This document shows, piece by piece, positions 21,895 through 33,403 of a DNA stretch of 64,000 nt. This DNA is from Podarcis liolepis. Lineage: Eukaryota. Where the stretch lies: NCBI GenBank assembly GCA_965112155.1, contig OZ218099.1; one strand, written 5' to 3'. Position numbers and translations under genes: made by a program. The first letter of the stretch is position 1. Every line of letters starts with the position of its first letter. A model generated the notes under the pieces. That model worked only from the letters and a program-made list of their open reading frames with translations, was not told the origin of the DNA and did no database searches.

Positions 21895-24800
21895 ATGGAA
21901 GACGGCTATCAGAATGAAGAATACTACAATGACAGTGTGTCAGAGAAAATATCCCACACTGAGGAAGTGCACTCGGAGTTTGAACCTACAAAAGCAGGTA
22001 ACGGGGAGAATGAGAAGAAATTCTCAAAGGGTTGCTCTGGTTCTGTAATAAGGTGTTATGTTCACACAACAGAAGCAAAATAAAGGAGGTGCCCTTACCT
22101 AGGGAAGGTGTCTTATTCCGAAGTGAAATTTGCAACTCTATGCACTATGCCATGTAGCCACAGTTCTCCAAGAGCAATAAAATTTCTTGCTGCAGAACTC
22201 GGAGGTTATTGTGGAAACATTGTAAGAAACAGTCACATTTTTCACTACAGTTTAGTTAATGTCAGCTGCTTTTTGCTAACGTTTGGCTTGCTGTATAAAC
22301 TTTCTTAAAATGTATAACTGCTAAAAATATGTATATCTTATATATTGAAACTTTTCCCCTCAATTTTTAGATATGTGTTCCAAAGGGCTCAATTTTCAAG
22401 AGTGAGGGCTGGATGGTGGGACCCCTGTCCCACAGTGGGCAAAAGTTAGAAGCAATGTCTATAGGGAGACTACTAGTCAGCAGCCATCAAATTGACTGGA
22501 AAAGGAGCAGTTTAGTATATCTGGAATCTCTTGGTACCTCCAAAAAGTAAATCAATACATTAAACTGAATTTGGGGAGAAATATTTGCCAAAGTGAAGAG
22601 GCTGACTTGAAACATTGGTCAGGACTAGTGATGGGGGTGGGGAAAGAAACTTGATTAAAGCAACCATATTACTAGTTGATTCACGTTCTCCAAGGCTTAT
22701 GTCTCACTATCCCCGAAAGACATTTCACTCAAACCAGGAGGCTCCAGAAGGTAACCCTAGTATTGCCTATACTAAAACGCTCTTAATAAAATGCAATACA
22801 TAAATGTTATAAATGTAGGAAAAAAGGTAAAGGTAAAGGGACCCCTGACCATTAGGTCCAGTCTCAGTCAGTTTTATTGCACATAGCCAAAGGCTGCCAC
22901 AATGTACACAGAATTATTTGACAATTAAAAGAAATTATACTGAATTGGTAAAAAAAGACTTAAAACATTTGTATTATTAAAACATTACATACTCTAAACA
23001 AAGCTATAAAAGTACCCCAATGTACAAGTAAAAACATTAAACAATAAAATTCATAAGCTAAAATCATCACATGGTCACTAATGTTAAAAACAGTATCAAT
23101 ACAGTGTGCAATTTATACTCAGAGTTTGGTGACAAAGATAGAGCATAGCCTGAGGTAGATAGATGGGATCAAATATATTCATCTCCTTTACAGTTAATGG
23201 CTATCTTGGCTATATAATTTGCTCTAATTTTCCTAGCAGCAGTTGCAAAAAGTGCTACCCGCCAGGTCACATACTTATCTGTGTCTGCAAGGAGATATAA
23301 CATCATATATCAAGGGGGTTCTGGTCAGGGGACCCTGTCATTATAGGTACCCAAAATCTTTTTCTTGCATCATGTGGCCAGCATGACTAAGCTGCTTCTG
23401 GCGAACCAGAGCAGCGCACGGAAACGCCGTTTACCTTCCTGCCGGAGCGGTACCTATTTATCTACTTGCACTTTGATGTGCTTATGAACTGCTAGGTTGG
23501 CAGGAGCTGGGACCGAGCAACGGGAGCTCACCCCATCGCGGGGATTTGAACCGCCAACCTTCTGATCAGCAAGTCCTAGGCTCTGTGGTTTAACCCACAG
23601 AAGCCACCAAAAGGGCTATATTCTCATTGGTTTGTCTTACCTGTGCACTGTAGAAAGAGAGGGCTGGATGTGCACCCATTCAGGGTGCAGCAAGACCCTT
23701 TCATCCAGAAAGTCACAAAGCAGACAGTCTCTTAAAAGTGCTCTTTCCTCTCTGTAGACTCAATGATTTTGGACCAGGGATATGAGAATGCTGAGCCAGA
23801 ATATGAGTACATCGGGTTTTCTGGCATACAGATGAGAAGGCTACCAGACAACAGAGAGAAAGCAGAGCCAGGTGAAAGGTTCAATGAACTTGACAAATGA
23901 TATTACAAACTTTCCTAATGTGCTTGGAAAACTCTGGGAATATGCTTGTGCAATATATGAAACTGTCAGGGACTGGGCAGAGGAGGAATGGTGGAGACTG
24001 CCTCCCTAGCCTGACTCTTCCAGAGAAGAGGAGGACTGTTTAGAATTACAACAGGGATTTGAGGGAGGTCATAGCTCAGAGGCAGATGAGGGGGAAAGTT
24101 GAGAAATAATGGGAGAGGAGGAGGAGGAGGAAGTACCAAGAGGGTGACAGCAGATGGACTCTTTAGAAAGCATTCCAGACACACACACCCAGAACCCGTC
24201 GAGCCTTGAAAGTAGGAGAGCCAGAGCTCAAAGGCACTTGTCAGCACCTGTAGAGGTGATGAGGATGATGAATAAGGAAGTGGGAGAGATGGGGTGTGTG
24301 TGTGGAGATTCACTTGGGATAACGCCATTATCTAAGAGGCTGGGTTCTAAAGCCTCTCTCTGTAAATACTGAATAAAAAGCGGATGGCAAGAACATTCCT
24401 TGCCTTCTTTATATGTTCTTGGGTAAACCGGCCATGGGAGTTGCTGGCAGCAGCCTGACAGAATCAGACTTTTTCAATTCAAACTGTAATCCCTTAAAAT
24501 GGGTGGTGAACCTAAAGCCTGGGGGTCAAATGTGGCCCGGCCCTCAGGACACTCACGGAGCCATGCTTCCTCCCTCCCCTGCTTTTTAGCATCCTTGATT
24601 GCTTTTCCTGGCTGGAATTTGTCCTTGAACTGTGCTAATGCCTCTTGCTTGCCTGCAAGATTTCTAGTTCCTGAAATTTTCTGACGCTCCTACAGCTTCT
24701 AGGTGGCTTACTCTTCTTTATTGGCAGCACTGTATACATTTGAGGATGACAAGCGGGGACCTTTCGTCAGGAAACCCGTCAGCATCTTCTCACTTCTGCT

Positions 24801-27800
24801 GCTCTGCTCCCTTATCATGGTGAACGCTGCTTTTGTGATGACATCTGTTAGATGTAAGTCCATATCTGGAGAAGGCTAAACTTTTTTTGGTTATTCTGTG
24901 AAGCTTAAAGCATGATGCACGTTTAAAGCATGGCACGCATGCACCCATCTTTTAAATATCTAACACCTCTCAATTCATTTTATTTAAGAAATGCCAATTG
25001 TATACAGCCATGTTACGTTTTAAATGTCTAAAAACTCCAACACACACACACACGATTCCTTTCTTAAAAGTATACATTGACAACCTGCATTCAGCTACAG
25101 AAATCTGAGGACAAAATAGACATAGAATCATAGAGTGAATGAAGGCCTCAGGCCACCTCCTTCTACTCAACTCAGGACATCCAGAGTTAGAACATCCATA
25201 GCAGATGACTCTCCAGCCTCTAACTGAAGACGTACAATGGGGGAGAGCCCACCACAGCCCTTGGAAGCTGGTTCCACTGCCAAACAACTCTTACCATCCA
25301 GAATGTTTTCCTGTTGTTCAGCCAAAACCTTTCCTCCTGTAACTTCAGCTCACTAGATCTGGTCCCGCTTGCTGAGGCAGCAGAAAATGAGCTTCTGTGT
25401 GACAGCCCTTCAGGTATTGGAAGAGTGCCACATTTTCCCCACCAATCCCCCAAATTAACCAAATCAAACCAGGATGAATATACCCAGTTCTTAGTTTACA
25501 CCTTCCTTTCTTGATTTATTTATTTATTTTCCACATCCCTAAATACAGAAATAACTCGTGTTACAGACGCTTCAGGTTACAGACTCCGCTAACCCAGAAA
25601 TAGTACCTCAGGTTAAGAACTTTGCTTCAGGATGAGAACAGAAATCATGCTCCGGTGGCGTGGCGGCAGCGGGAGGCCCCATTAGCTAAAGTGATACCTC
25701 AGGTTAAGAACAGTTTCAGGTTAAGAACGGACCTCCAGAATGAATTAAGTTCTTAACCTGAGGTACCACTGTATCTTCATTAGCCAGTGGTCCTCACTGA
25801 ACCCATTTTATTGTCTCTATAACCTTCTTGGACATGGTTATCCAGATGAGGTCTGACTAGTGCAGAATAAAGTGGGATTATGAATTCGCATGACTTGGAA
25901 ACTTTAGGCCTGTTAATGAGGCTGAAGATTGCCTTAGCCTCCCCCCCCCCTTTTTTTTTTTTTGCAGCTGAATCACACTGTTGAAATGCATCAGTTTAAA
26001 ATCATTGCTGATTAGCTGATACTTACTGCAACTCACTTTACAATATATGAGAAAATCAGAAATCCTATCTGGAGGGTTGTAAGAACCCCAGAACAGTGTG
26101 CAGGGGGAGGAGAGGGGAGATTTTTCTACCTGGTAAGCTGAAATACTTGCACTGATGTCTTTCTTGACTTCTTCCTCATTATGGTGAAAGTTGTGAGGAA
26201 AGCGGCACACCATCTTAAGGTCAGTGGGGTATGTGGGTTGAATGGGAAACCTAAATACCCCTTTTGGATTTCCAAAAGGGAGCCGGTCCCCATGTCTCTG
26301 CCGTCACACTATCATGTGATTAACTATCATATGATTAAAAACTCCTAGATATTGTATCATTTGCTGAATGTTCATGTAGTATGTGACACCAGTCATAGAA
26401 ATATCGGATGAATGACCAGTGGAACATTATGGATGCACTTGCTGTGGGATATATTGTTTAAGGCTCCTTATCTTGCAGGCTTTTCAGTGTGTCCAGATGA
26501 ATGGGTAGCATTTCAGGAGAAATGCTATTACTTTCCCATAAAAACAGGAAATTGGGGTGAGGTCAGAAGCTTCTGCCGATGGCTGGGTGCAGATCTGATG
26601 ATAATTGACAACAAAATGGAACAGGTGAGTCTCTCCTGTCCTGACTCTCTCATCTAAGATGTGGAGATTCAGAGACTGTTGCATAGGACACCCTCTCCTT
26701 CCTAGGTAGAAATTACTGCAAGCAGGCAAACAACAGATGGCAGAGAACTGCTTTCCCATAAAAGCCAGTCCTATGCCCTGATCTGAAGTTGAGACTTAAG
26801 TATAGACAGGAGAGAAATTGGATTGAGTTCACACTTTCCGAAACAATATGTGAACCAAATTCACACTTCCCGAAACAATATGTGAACCAAAGTGCTGACA
26901 TCCTTTAAGATTTGCATTTCTCTGAATTTTGCAATGCAATCCTTGTAATGTGTACAAAACTATATACTAGGATAAACAGTGTATGTAAATGAATATATTA
27001 CTGAAAAGAACATGCAAAAGTGCTTGGCAAAAATATTGGGCAGTAGGTAAGGAGTAATTTGATTCTGTTTTCATTTTGTCTAGGACTTTCTAATTTATAA
27101 AATGGATTCCACGAAGAATCTGTGGATTGGCTTGCGTTATGCAGAGGGTGTAGCAGGGTGGCAATGGGTGGATGGTACAGAGTTGACCTTTCAGTGAGTA
27201 GAATTCCTCAATGCATCATCCTTTATCTTTACACATTGAGACTGAGGCTCAGAAAGCTTTAAGAATTTCAGCAGTAAAAATTTGGAAGTGTGTTTCCCAT
27301 AATACGGACAGGAAACAACATATTCACACCAAACCAAACCTTTAAAGCACTCTTATACTTTATCAGTCATGGATTCACCCAGAGAATCCTGGGAGTTGTG
27401 GTGTATTAAGTATCTCCTAACAGCTGTCAGCACCCATGGCAAAGAATTAAAGGTAGGGTGTTGATGTGACCAGTGTATAAATGGTCTGTATGGAGGTGGA
27501 TGTTACATGGAGTGCCAGCTTGGCTAAAAGCCACCCATGTTAATTCTCCTTCTTCCATCAGGTGTGGAGCGATAAAAATGGGACTGGGCCAGTATCCCTG
27601 TGCTGTATGTGGTGCTTTGATCAGCTGATTGTCAGGGTTTTAGTGTCCAACAATGGGTCATATGATGTCATTGTGATGCCCGGTGATTGACAGGCATCCA
27701 GCCCTACCCACCTGTCACACTTGGCCTGTGGGTGGAGGAGATAAGGATTCAACCCCCTAGTTATATCCTATTCCTCACCCCTGGTCTTTAATCTAAACAG

Positions 27801-28728
27801 CAGCTATTTGTATTTATTAGATTTTATAGGTGGTAGATAAAAGCATGAAGGGCATAGCAGGAAACTTGGATGGAGAAGGAAGAATATAGATCCTGCTGCC
27901 ACCAGAGCCATTGAAGTAAATAGTACTTCAATATAAATGACAAGTATGTTTGATGTTTGATCTGGGACTCTTTATTTAGAAGTCAGCACCACTGTGTTTG
28001 GACGCGGGTGGCGCTGTGGGTTAAACCACAGAGCCTAGGACTTGCCAATCAGAAGGTCGACGGTTCGAATCCCAGCAACGGGGTGAGCTCCCATTGCTCG
28101 GTCCCTGCTCCTGCCAACCTAGCAGTTCGAAAGCACATCAAAAGTGCAAGTAGATAAATAGGTACCGCTCCAGCGGGAAGGTAAACAGCGTTTCCATGCG
28201 CTGCTCTGGTTCTCCAGAAGCGGCTTAGTCATGCTGGCCACATGACCCGGAAGCTGTACGCTGGCTTCCTCGGCCAATAAAGTGAGATGAGCGCTGCAAC
28301 CCCAGAGTTGGTCACGACTGGACCTAATGGTCAGGGGTCCCTTTACCTCTACCACTGTGTTTAAGGGAGATTTCCTCCCAGGCAAAGTGTTCCTAGGATT
28401 GCAGTCACCTGCAGTTGATCCTGCTGCTCAGAATCTGCAGAAAATTCAAGGCCAGCAGCTGTTTCTTTCCCAACTTCAAGCTCTGTCCCCTCTCATCACC
28501 CTGCTGGTATGTGACTCACACTGTTTTATCTTTTTCAGAAACTGGGAGACGCCAGATAACATTCAACTTACCGACAAATATAATTATAAGACCCATTGTG
28601 TTCTTACTTCAAATGAAGCCTCAAAGGGCAAGTGGAACAACATTCCCTGTGATAAGCTCCATCTATCTGTCTGTGAGAGGGACAAGGAGGTGACCTGCGT
28701 TCTGCGGTCTCCACTTTCACCCCACTGA
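21895..28728 (+). CDS. Lectin gene B: type II transmembrane C-type lectin-like receptor, 262 aa, 6 coding exons
   Basis: Exons 21895-21997 (MEDGYQNEEYYND..), 23758-23871 (..QGYENAEPEYEYIGF..), 24728-24853 (TM), 26479-26624 (CPDEWVAFQEKCYYF..C..LGADLMIIDNKMEQ), 27084-27193 (LWIGL..WQWVDGT), 28539-28728 (HCV..KWNNIPC..SVCE..TCVLRSPLSPH*). All GT-AG, phases 1,1,1,0,2, total 789 nt, open frame. Confidence 0.9.
22823..23608 (-). mobile_element. Sauria SINE split by a LINE 3'-end insertion (~22864-23370)
   Basis: 3' tail ggtaaaggtaaagggacccctgaccattaggtccagtc at ~22826-22863; the body resumes at catgtggccagcatgactaag (~23371). Confidence 0.8.
23964..24460 (+). mobile_element. Solo LTR
   Basis: Perfect terminal inverted TGTCAGG...CCTGACA, AATAAA at ~24372; no clean TSD. 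Confidence 0.65.
25120..25440 (-). mobile_element. CR1 3' fragment
   Basis: LKLQEERF.LN.RK.F..VRVV.QWNQLPR.VVGSP, the CR1 C-terminus; catagaatcataga tail. Confidence 0.75.
25546..25771. mobile_element. Tc1/mariner-type MITE (opposite orientation to 10764)
   Basis: Reverse complement of the 10764-11004 element; ends gaggtaccactg|ta. Confidence 0.85.
28000..28350 (+). mobile_element. Full-length Sauria SINE with 12-bp TSD
   Basis: ggacgcgggtggcgctgtgggttaaacc...ggttcgaatccc (A/B boxes)...cctttacct; TSD accactgtgttt at 27988-27999 and 28351-28362. Confidence 0.92.
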
Positions 28729-29773
28729 AATGATTTGCTTTATTTTTATTCCATAGAAACAATTTTTTTTTAAAGATAATTGTACAAAGCAAATACAGAA
28801 GAAAAGCAAAAGCAACTTGTAGCAAGGACATACACCAGTCAAACAGATGTGTCACTGCTGTGAAAACACGTGCTCTATTCCTAACAGTATTTCATGAATT
28901 GTTTCCATTGTATTATAAATCAACAATTGCAAGGTGAGACAACCAACCAAGTATTCCCCAAAGCTTGGGTTAAAAGGTGTGTCTTGTTAGAATCCTAGAA
29001 ACCAATTCAAATACTAATTAGACTCAGGCATGCTGTTTTTATGAGACTGGTTATCCCACAAACTGCCTCTCAAGCAAATGTAGCAATTGCATGCACAATT
29101 AACGACCCACTCAGAGTCCCATCTTGACTTGAAGGTTTTCAGAACTGTCTCTTGGTAGTGGCTTGGTCAGAATATCAGCTGTCATTTCTTTGGTTTACAA
29201 TACACCACAATTCAACATGTCTGTCTTGTATTACCTAATGCACATGGTAGTTTTTAACCCTAATGTGTTTAGTTCTTGCATGTAGCTTTTCTTTGTGATA
29301 ATTTCAAACAGCTTTAATTGTGCTCCATCAACTGAACAGGTTTCTGCATACACAACCCAAAGCCCATAGTTAGTTGGTCAGTTAAGACCAGTTCTCTACA
29401 TACCTCAGTTGTACCTATATACTCTCCTTCTTGGAAAAAGCTGGTAGCTATGCATGGCTCCCAGCTCAACAAAATATACATGCAAGTAAATTTTCCTAGC
29501 TAGATTTACACAGCCTGCATGTCTTTGTTAACACAAAGACCGCATGATCCTTTTGTAATGAAACCACATTCTTTTCCTTTTAAATTGTTTGGAACCATTT
29601 TTCTTCTTTATTTTTACTTCTGATGGACAGAGACTTGTTTACTGTAACTACTGAAACTTTGTAAGTAAAATCTTTATTTATTTACAAAACAAGGTGTCTG
29701 TGATTTATTCTAGCCTACGTATTTTTGTGGGGACCATTGGTTTAAAGGTGGATGAAGGCAGATGCAGAATCTA

Positions 29774-32700
29774 TGCTCGCCCAAGAGGTCCAAGAGGGCC
29801 AAACATGGAGTCCGGCACTCTTCCGTTGCACAGCTTGCAAACTGTCCGTGCCGATCCAAACGTCCTTCCTCCGCCTTGGCCGGTTAGCAGAGCGATCACA
29901 GCGGTTAGAAGCAATTGCAGTGTGTAGGTAATAATTCAGAACAAACACAAGGCGTTCCTTATCTTCTTAGCCTTTAATCATGTAGTATAACAGCATAAAT
30001 CAGCCCGGCGAAACCTCGCACATTCTTCCTCTCGCATAGCTTACGAGACACAGACAGACTGAAACACTCAGAGTAAACCACTCCCGTAAAAGTCTGTGAC
30101 CACGCCTCAGGAATGTGAGACATCACTCAGAACTCTTTAACCCTGTGAGTTCTGAAACCCTTAACACCCCCTCTCGTCTTGCATCCTGAGGGAAATTGAG
30201 GACACATATCTACAGACCTCTTTGAGTTCAACTCACCTCCCATTGCCTTATGCCTCCCCCTGGCATCTATCCCAGGCAATTGTTGAATCCCTTCCACACT
30301 CCCAGAATCACACTGTGCGAAACCAACCCACGCACTGGTGACCTGAAACCTCTCAGGTGGAATCCCCTTTGTGGTGCGAGTTGACCGCCTGAGCACAACC
30401 TCGGGTGCTCCTCCTGACCCACTGGGGTCAGCAAGCGTGTCTCCAGAAAGCTCAGAAGACTCCCCCTCTGACTTGCTGCGTCTTCGGGCCTTCTGCACTT
30501 GGCTAACAGGAGATGAAGGCTCGCTCTTGGGTTCCCTCTTAACCTGTGGAGAAACCCACCCCTGTGCTTGACCCTCTTCAGCAACCTGGTCTTCAGCAAC
30601 AGGCTCCGCCTCTGTTTCTCCTTCCTCCCCCTCAGAATCGGACAGACATTCTGAGAGAACATCAGGACCATCCCTAGGTTTTGACCAACCACCCTGCTCA
30701 CAGAACTCAGCATGCTTGCTGACCAGCAGCTTGGTCTGATCACCCTCTGGGTATGCAAACTTCCACCCATTTGTTGCAGGATCATACCCACAGAAGATCA
30801 TTTCCTGGTACCTTGGACCACCCTCCTTCCGTTGAGCTGTTGGTATTGGCACTGAAGCCCTGGAACCAAACACACGGAAGAAATGCACCTGTGGCTTTTG
30901 CTTGTGCAACAGAAAAAACGGTGTGTCACCTACAGCGTGATTGTAGGACCTGTTAAAAACAAAGCTGGCAAATTTCCAAGCTTCACTCCAAAAGCTCTGA
31001 GGCAGCCCAGAGTCACACAGCAAAACCCTGACAGCTTCAGCCAGTGTTTCACTCCTGTGCTCTGCCACGCCTCTCTCTTGAGGAGACTTTGCATCCGTCA
31101 CCTGGTGACGAATTCCCTTTTGCTTGAAAAACTCCTTCAGAGCAGACCCAGTGAACTGTGACCCACGGTCGCTCCTGAACCCTTGCACTTTGGTGGAGAA
31201 CCTTAGTTCCACCTCCGCAACCCAATCCTGGATCAGTTGCGCCGCCTCCCCCTGCGTTCTGAGAGAGAAAGACCATCCGTTCTGAGAGAAATCATCTGTC
31301 ATCGTCAGCACATACCTGACCCCACCCAGACTCTCACACTTCATGGGTCCTGCAAGGTCTGTGTGAACAAGCTCAAAAGGTTTTGTGGTTACCCTCTTTA
31401 CCCCGGGAAAACTGCACCTTTGTACCTTACTGCATGCCCTGCACTCTAGGGATTTCCCACATGGTGTGATTTCGCAACCCTTGGTGCAGCCGGGCAACCT
31501 CTGAACATCTTCCAAACAAGCATGAGACATTCTCTTGTGCCATATATGAACACATGAATCATGGCTGGGAACACTAGCACACTGCGCCTGTGCTTTTCCG
31601 GCATTCCCCCCACCCTCCAGAGGTGTTTCCAGAACAAAGAGATTGTTCTTGCATTCTATGTTGACAAGCTGTTTCCCCCCTCTGAAAATGGAACAGGCAT
31701 CATTTTCAAAGCAAACTTTGTACCCTTGCTTTACAAGAGCAGGTACAGATAACAGGCAACAATGTATCTCCGGCACAATGTAGCACTCCAGCTCCGCCTG
31801 CAAAAAAGAAACATAAATATTTGCAACGTTAGAAACTGGCTTTTGGGCTCCATTAGCAAACGTAACAGTTGTCCCAGCTGAAACAGCCCTGCAGTTCCGC
31901 AGCCCCCCAGCAGGTGGCGTTCCAATCAGGTGATGACTGGCACCGGAATCCACCACCCACTGCAACATTCTGTCCTTGCTGGAGTTGTTCTTTAGCGTTG
32001 CCATGGCAACAAACGTCCCGCTGCCCCTGTCCTTGGCAGCCTCCGTAACCGCAACTCCTTCCGTTGCCCTGAAGACTGGACTTATCTCAGCGTTCCCAGA
32101 CAGCTCTGCAGCCGTTATCTCCCTCTGCAGCAGATGGCTGGCCTTGAAGCCTCTAGCTCTGTCCGGCTTCCCAGGCTTCGGCTTACGACGCAAAAAACTC
32201 TTGGCAGCCTTTGGAAAAAGAGGCTTCTCTGAGCTTTTACTGCTCACTGTCCCCCCACTTCTCACAGGGCTCCCAGGACGCTTTCCTGCACCCCCTCTGA
32301 TGGGTAAAGGGCTCCCAGCAGCTTGCCTCTTTCCAGGCTCCTCACGCAGACATAGTGCAGCAACCACGCAGCTTTTAGACTCTGCAAAACTGGCAGCAAC
32401 AGCAGCAGTGGCAATAGTCCCTTTGCCCCCCTCCGGGGCCTCCCAGCTTTTCCCAGCTGTGCACCGGCTCTCACGAAGGTGGTCAGCGCCATCTTGCCTT
32501 TCCTGTTCTGATGCAGCCATCTCCCGACCCTTGCTTCCGCCTCCAGCCTCACAAGCTTCCTGGAGCGCTAGCCAAGCGGCCTCTGGCTTCCTGGCACCCA
32601 GAACAATAGGCTTCAGATCAGCAGCCACGTTCTCAGCCAAAAACGCAAGCACACGCTTCTCAGCTTCATGTTGGCCTGCAACCGTCCCAGCTGCCTTAGA

Positions 32701-33403
32701 CATCGGCTGGACCATTTCCCACAGCCTGGCTCCGACTAAGGACAACTCTGCTAAATAGCTCCACTCCAGCCACGTTTGGCTGGTCAACTTCGCACATGGC
32801 AGCTTAAGCTCAAAGCCATGTTCCTGGGACTGAGCCATTTCCTCCCTCGGGGTAAGCGTACTCACGACTGGCATCAGCTTCCTCCGGCTCCCGGCAGATT
32901 GGCCTCTCCTCCCAGTGAGCTCCTCTCAGCCTCAGAAAGCTCTAGCTGGCCCCAGCGTCTTCTCAGCTGGCTTTCCCCCACACGTGGGACGTTCCTGCAA
33001 CAGCTTCAAAGCGTCGGCCAAGAGGTCCAAGAGGGCCAAACATGGAGTCCGGCACTCTTCCGTTGCACAGCTTGCAAACTGTCTGTGCCGATCCAAACGT
33101 CCTTCCTCCGCCTTGGCCGGTTAGCAGAGCGATCACAGCGGTTAGAAGCAATTGCAGTGTGTGGGTAATAATTCAGAACAAACACAAGGCGTTCCTTATC
33201 TTCTTAGCCTTTAATCATGTAGTATAACAGCATAAATCAGCCCAGCGAAACCTCGCACATTCTTCCTCTCGCATAGCTTACGAGACACAGACAGACTGAA
33301 ACACTCAGAGTAAACCACTCCCGTAAAAGTCTGTGACCACGCCTCAGGAATGTGAGACGTCACTCAGAACTCTTTAACCCTGTGAGTTCTGAAACCCTTA
33401 ACA
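29774..33403 (-). mobile_element. Ty1/Copia LTR retrotransposon, non-autonomous (no RT/RNase H)
   Basis: LTR cores 29781-30166 and 33018-33403 (386 bp, 4 substitutions by eye), TG..CA ends, PPT (gagaggggg) next to the 3' LTR, flanking duplication GAATCTA. Confidence 0.93.
30127..32874 (-). CDS. Copia Gag-protease-integrase polyprotein (915 aa), truncated at the start of RT
   Basis: Protease WVVDSGASHH, GAG-pre-integrase WHKRMSH..CRAC, rve core ELVHTDLAGP..SDRGSQF..GVAE, SH3-like IFCGYD, linker RRSTRTTKGIPPERF, then AMGGELNS running into the PPT/LTR. Confidence 0.88.
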   Translation of the reverse strand: MPVVSTLTPREEMAQSQEHGFELKLPCAKLTSQTWLEWSYLAELSLVGARLWEMVQPMSKAAGTVAGQHEAEKRVLAFLAENVAADLKPIVLGARKPEAAWLALQEACEAGGGSKGREMAASEQERQDGADHLRESRCTAGKSWEAPEGGKGTIATAAVAASFAESKSCVVAALCLREEPGKRQAAGSPLPIRGGAGKRPGSPVRSGGTVSSKSSEKPLFPKAAKSFLRRKPKPGKPDRARGFKASHLLQREITAAELSGNAEISPVFRATEGVAVTEAAKDRGSGTFVAMATLKNNSSKDRMLQWVVDSGASHHLIGTPPAGGLRNCRAVSAGTTVTFANGAQKPVSNVANIYVSFLQAELECYIVPEIHCCLLSVPALVKQGYKVCFENDACSIFRGGKQLVNIECKNNLFVLETPLEGGGNAGKAQAQCASVPSHDSCVHIWHKRMSHACLEDVQRLPGCTKGCEITPCGKSLECRACSKVQRCSFPGVKRVTTKPFELVHTDLAGPMKCESLGGVRYVLTMTDDFSQNGWSFSLRTQGEAAQLIQDWVAEVELRFSTKVQGFRSDRGSQFTGSALKEFFKQKGIRHQVTDAKSPQERGVAEHRSETLAEAVRVLLCDSGLPQSFWSEAWKFASFVFNRSYNHAVGDTPFFLLHKQKPQVHFFRVFGSRASVPIPTAQRKEGGPRYQEMIFCGYDPATNGWKFAYPEGDQTKLLVSKHAEFCEQGGWSKPRDGPDVLSECLSDSEGEEGETEAEPVAEDQVAEEGQAQGWVSPQVKREPKSEPSSPVSQVQKARRRSKSEGESSELSGDTLADPSGSGGAPEVVLRRSTRTTKGIPPERFQVTSAWVGFAQCDSGSVEGIQQLPGIDARGRHKAMGGELNSKRSVDMCPQFPSGCKTRGGVKGFRTHRVKEF

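Noticed and set aside
26829-26892. ~31-bp direct tandem repeat (ttcacactt.ccgaaacaatatgtgaaccaaa x2)
   Set aside because: Simple local duplication in an intron. It is not CRISPR-like: two units, no spacers, eukaryotic DNA.
28000-28090. tRNA-like A/B boxes
   Set aside because: This is the head of a Sauria SINE, not a tRNA gene.
31976-33168. Long plus-strand ORFs (260 and 130 aa)
   Set aside because: Antisense shadows of the GC-rich Copia ORF and leader.
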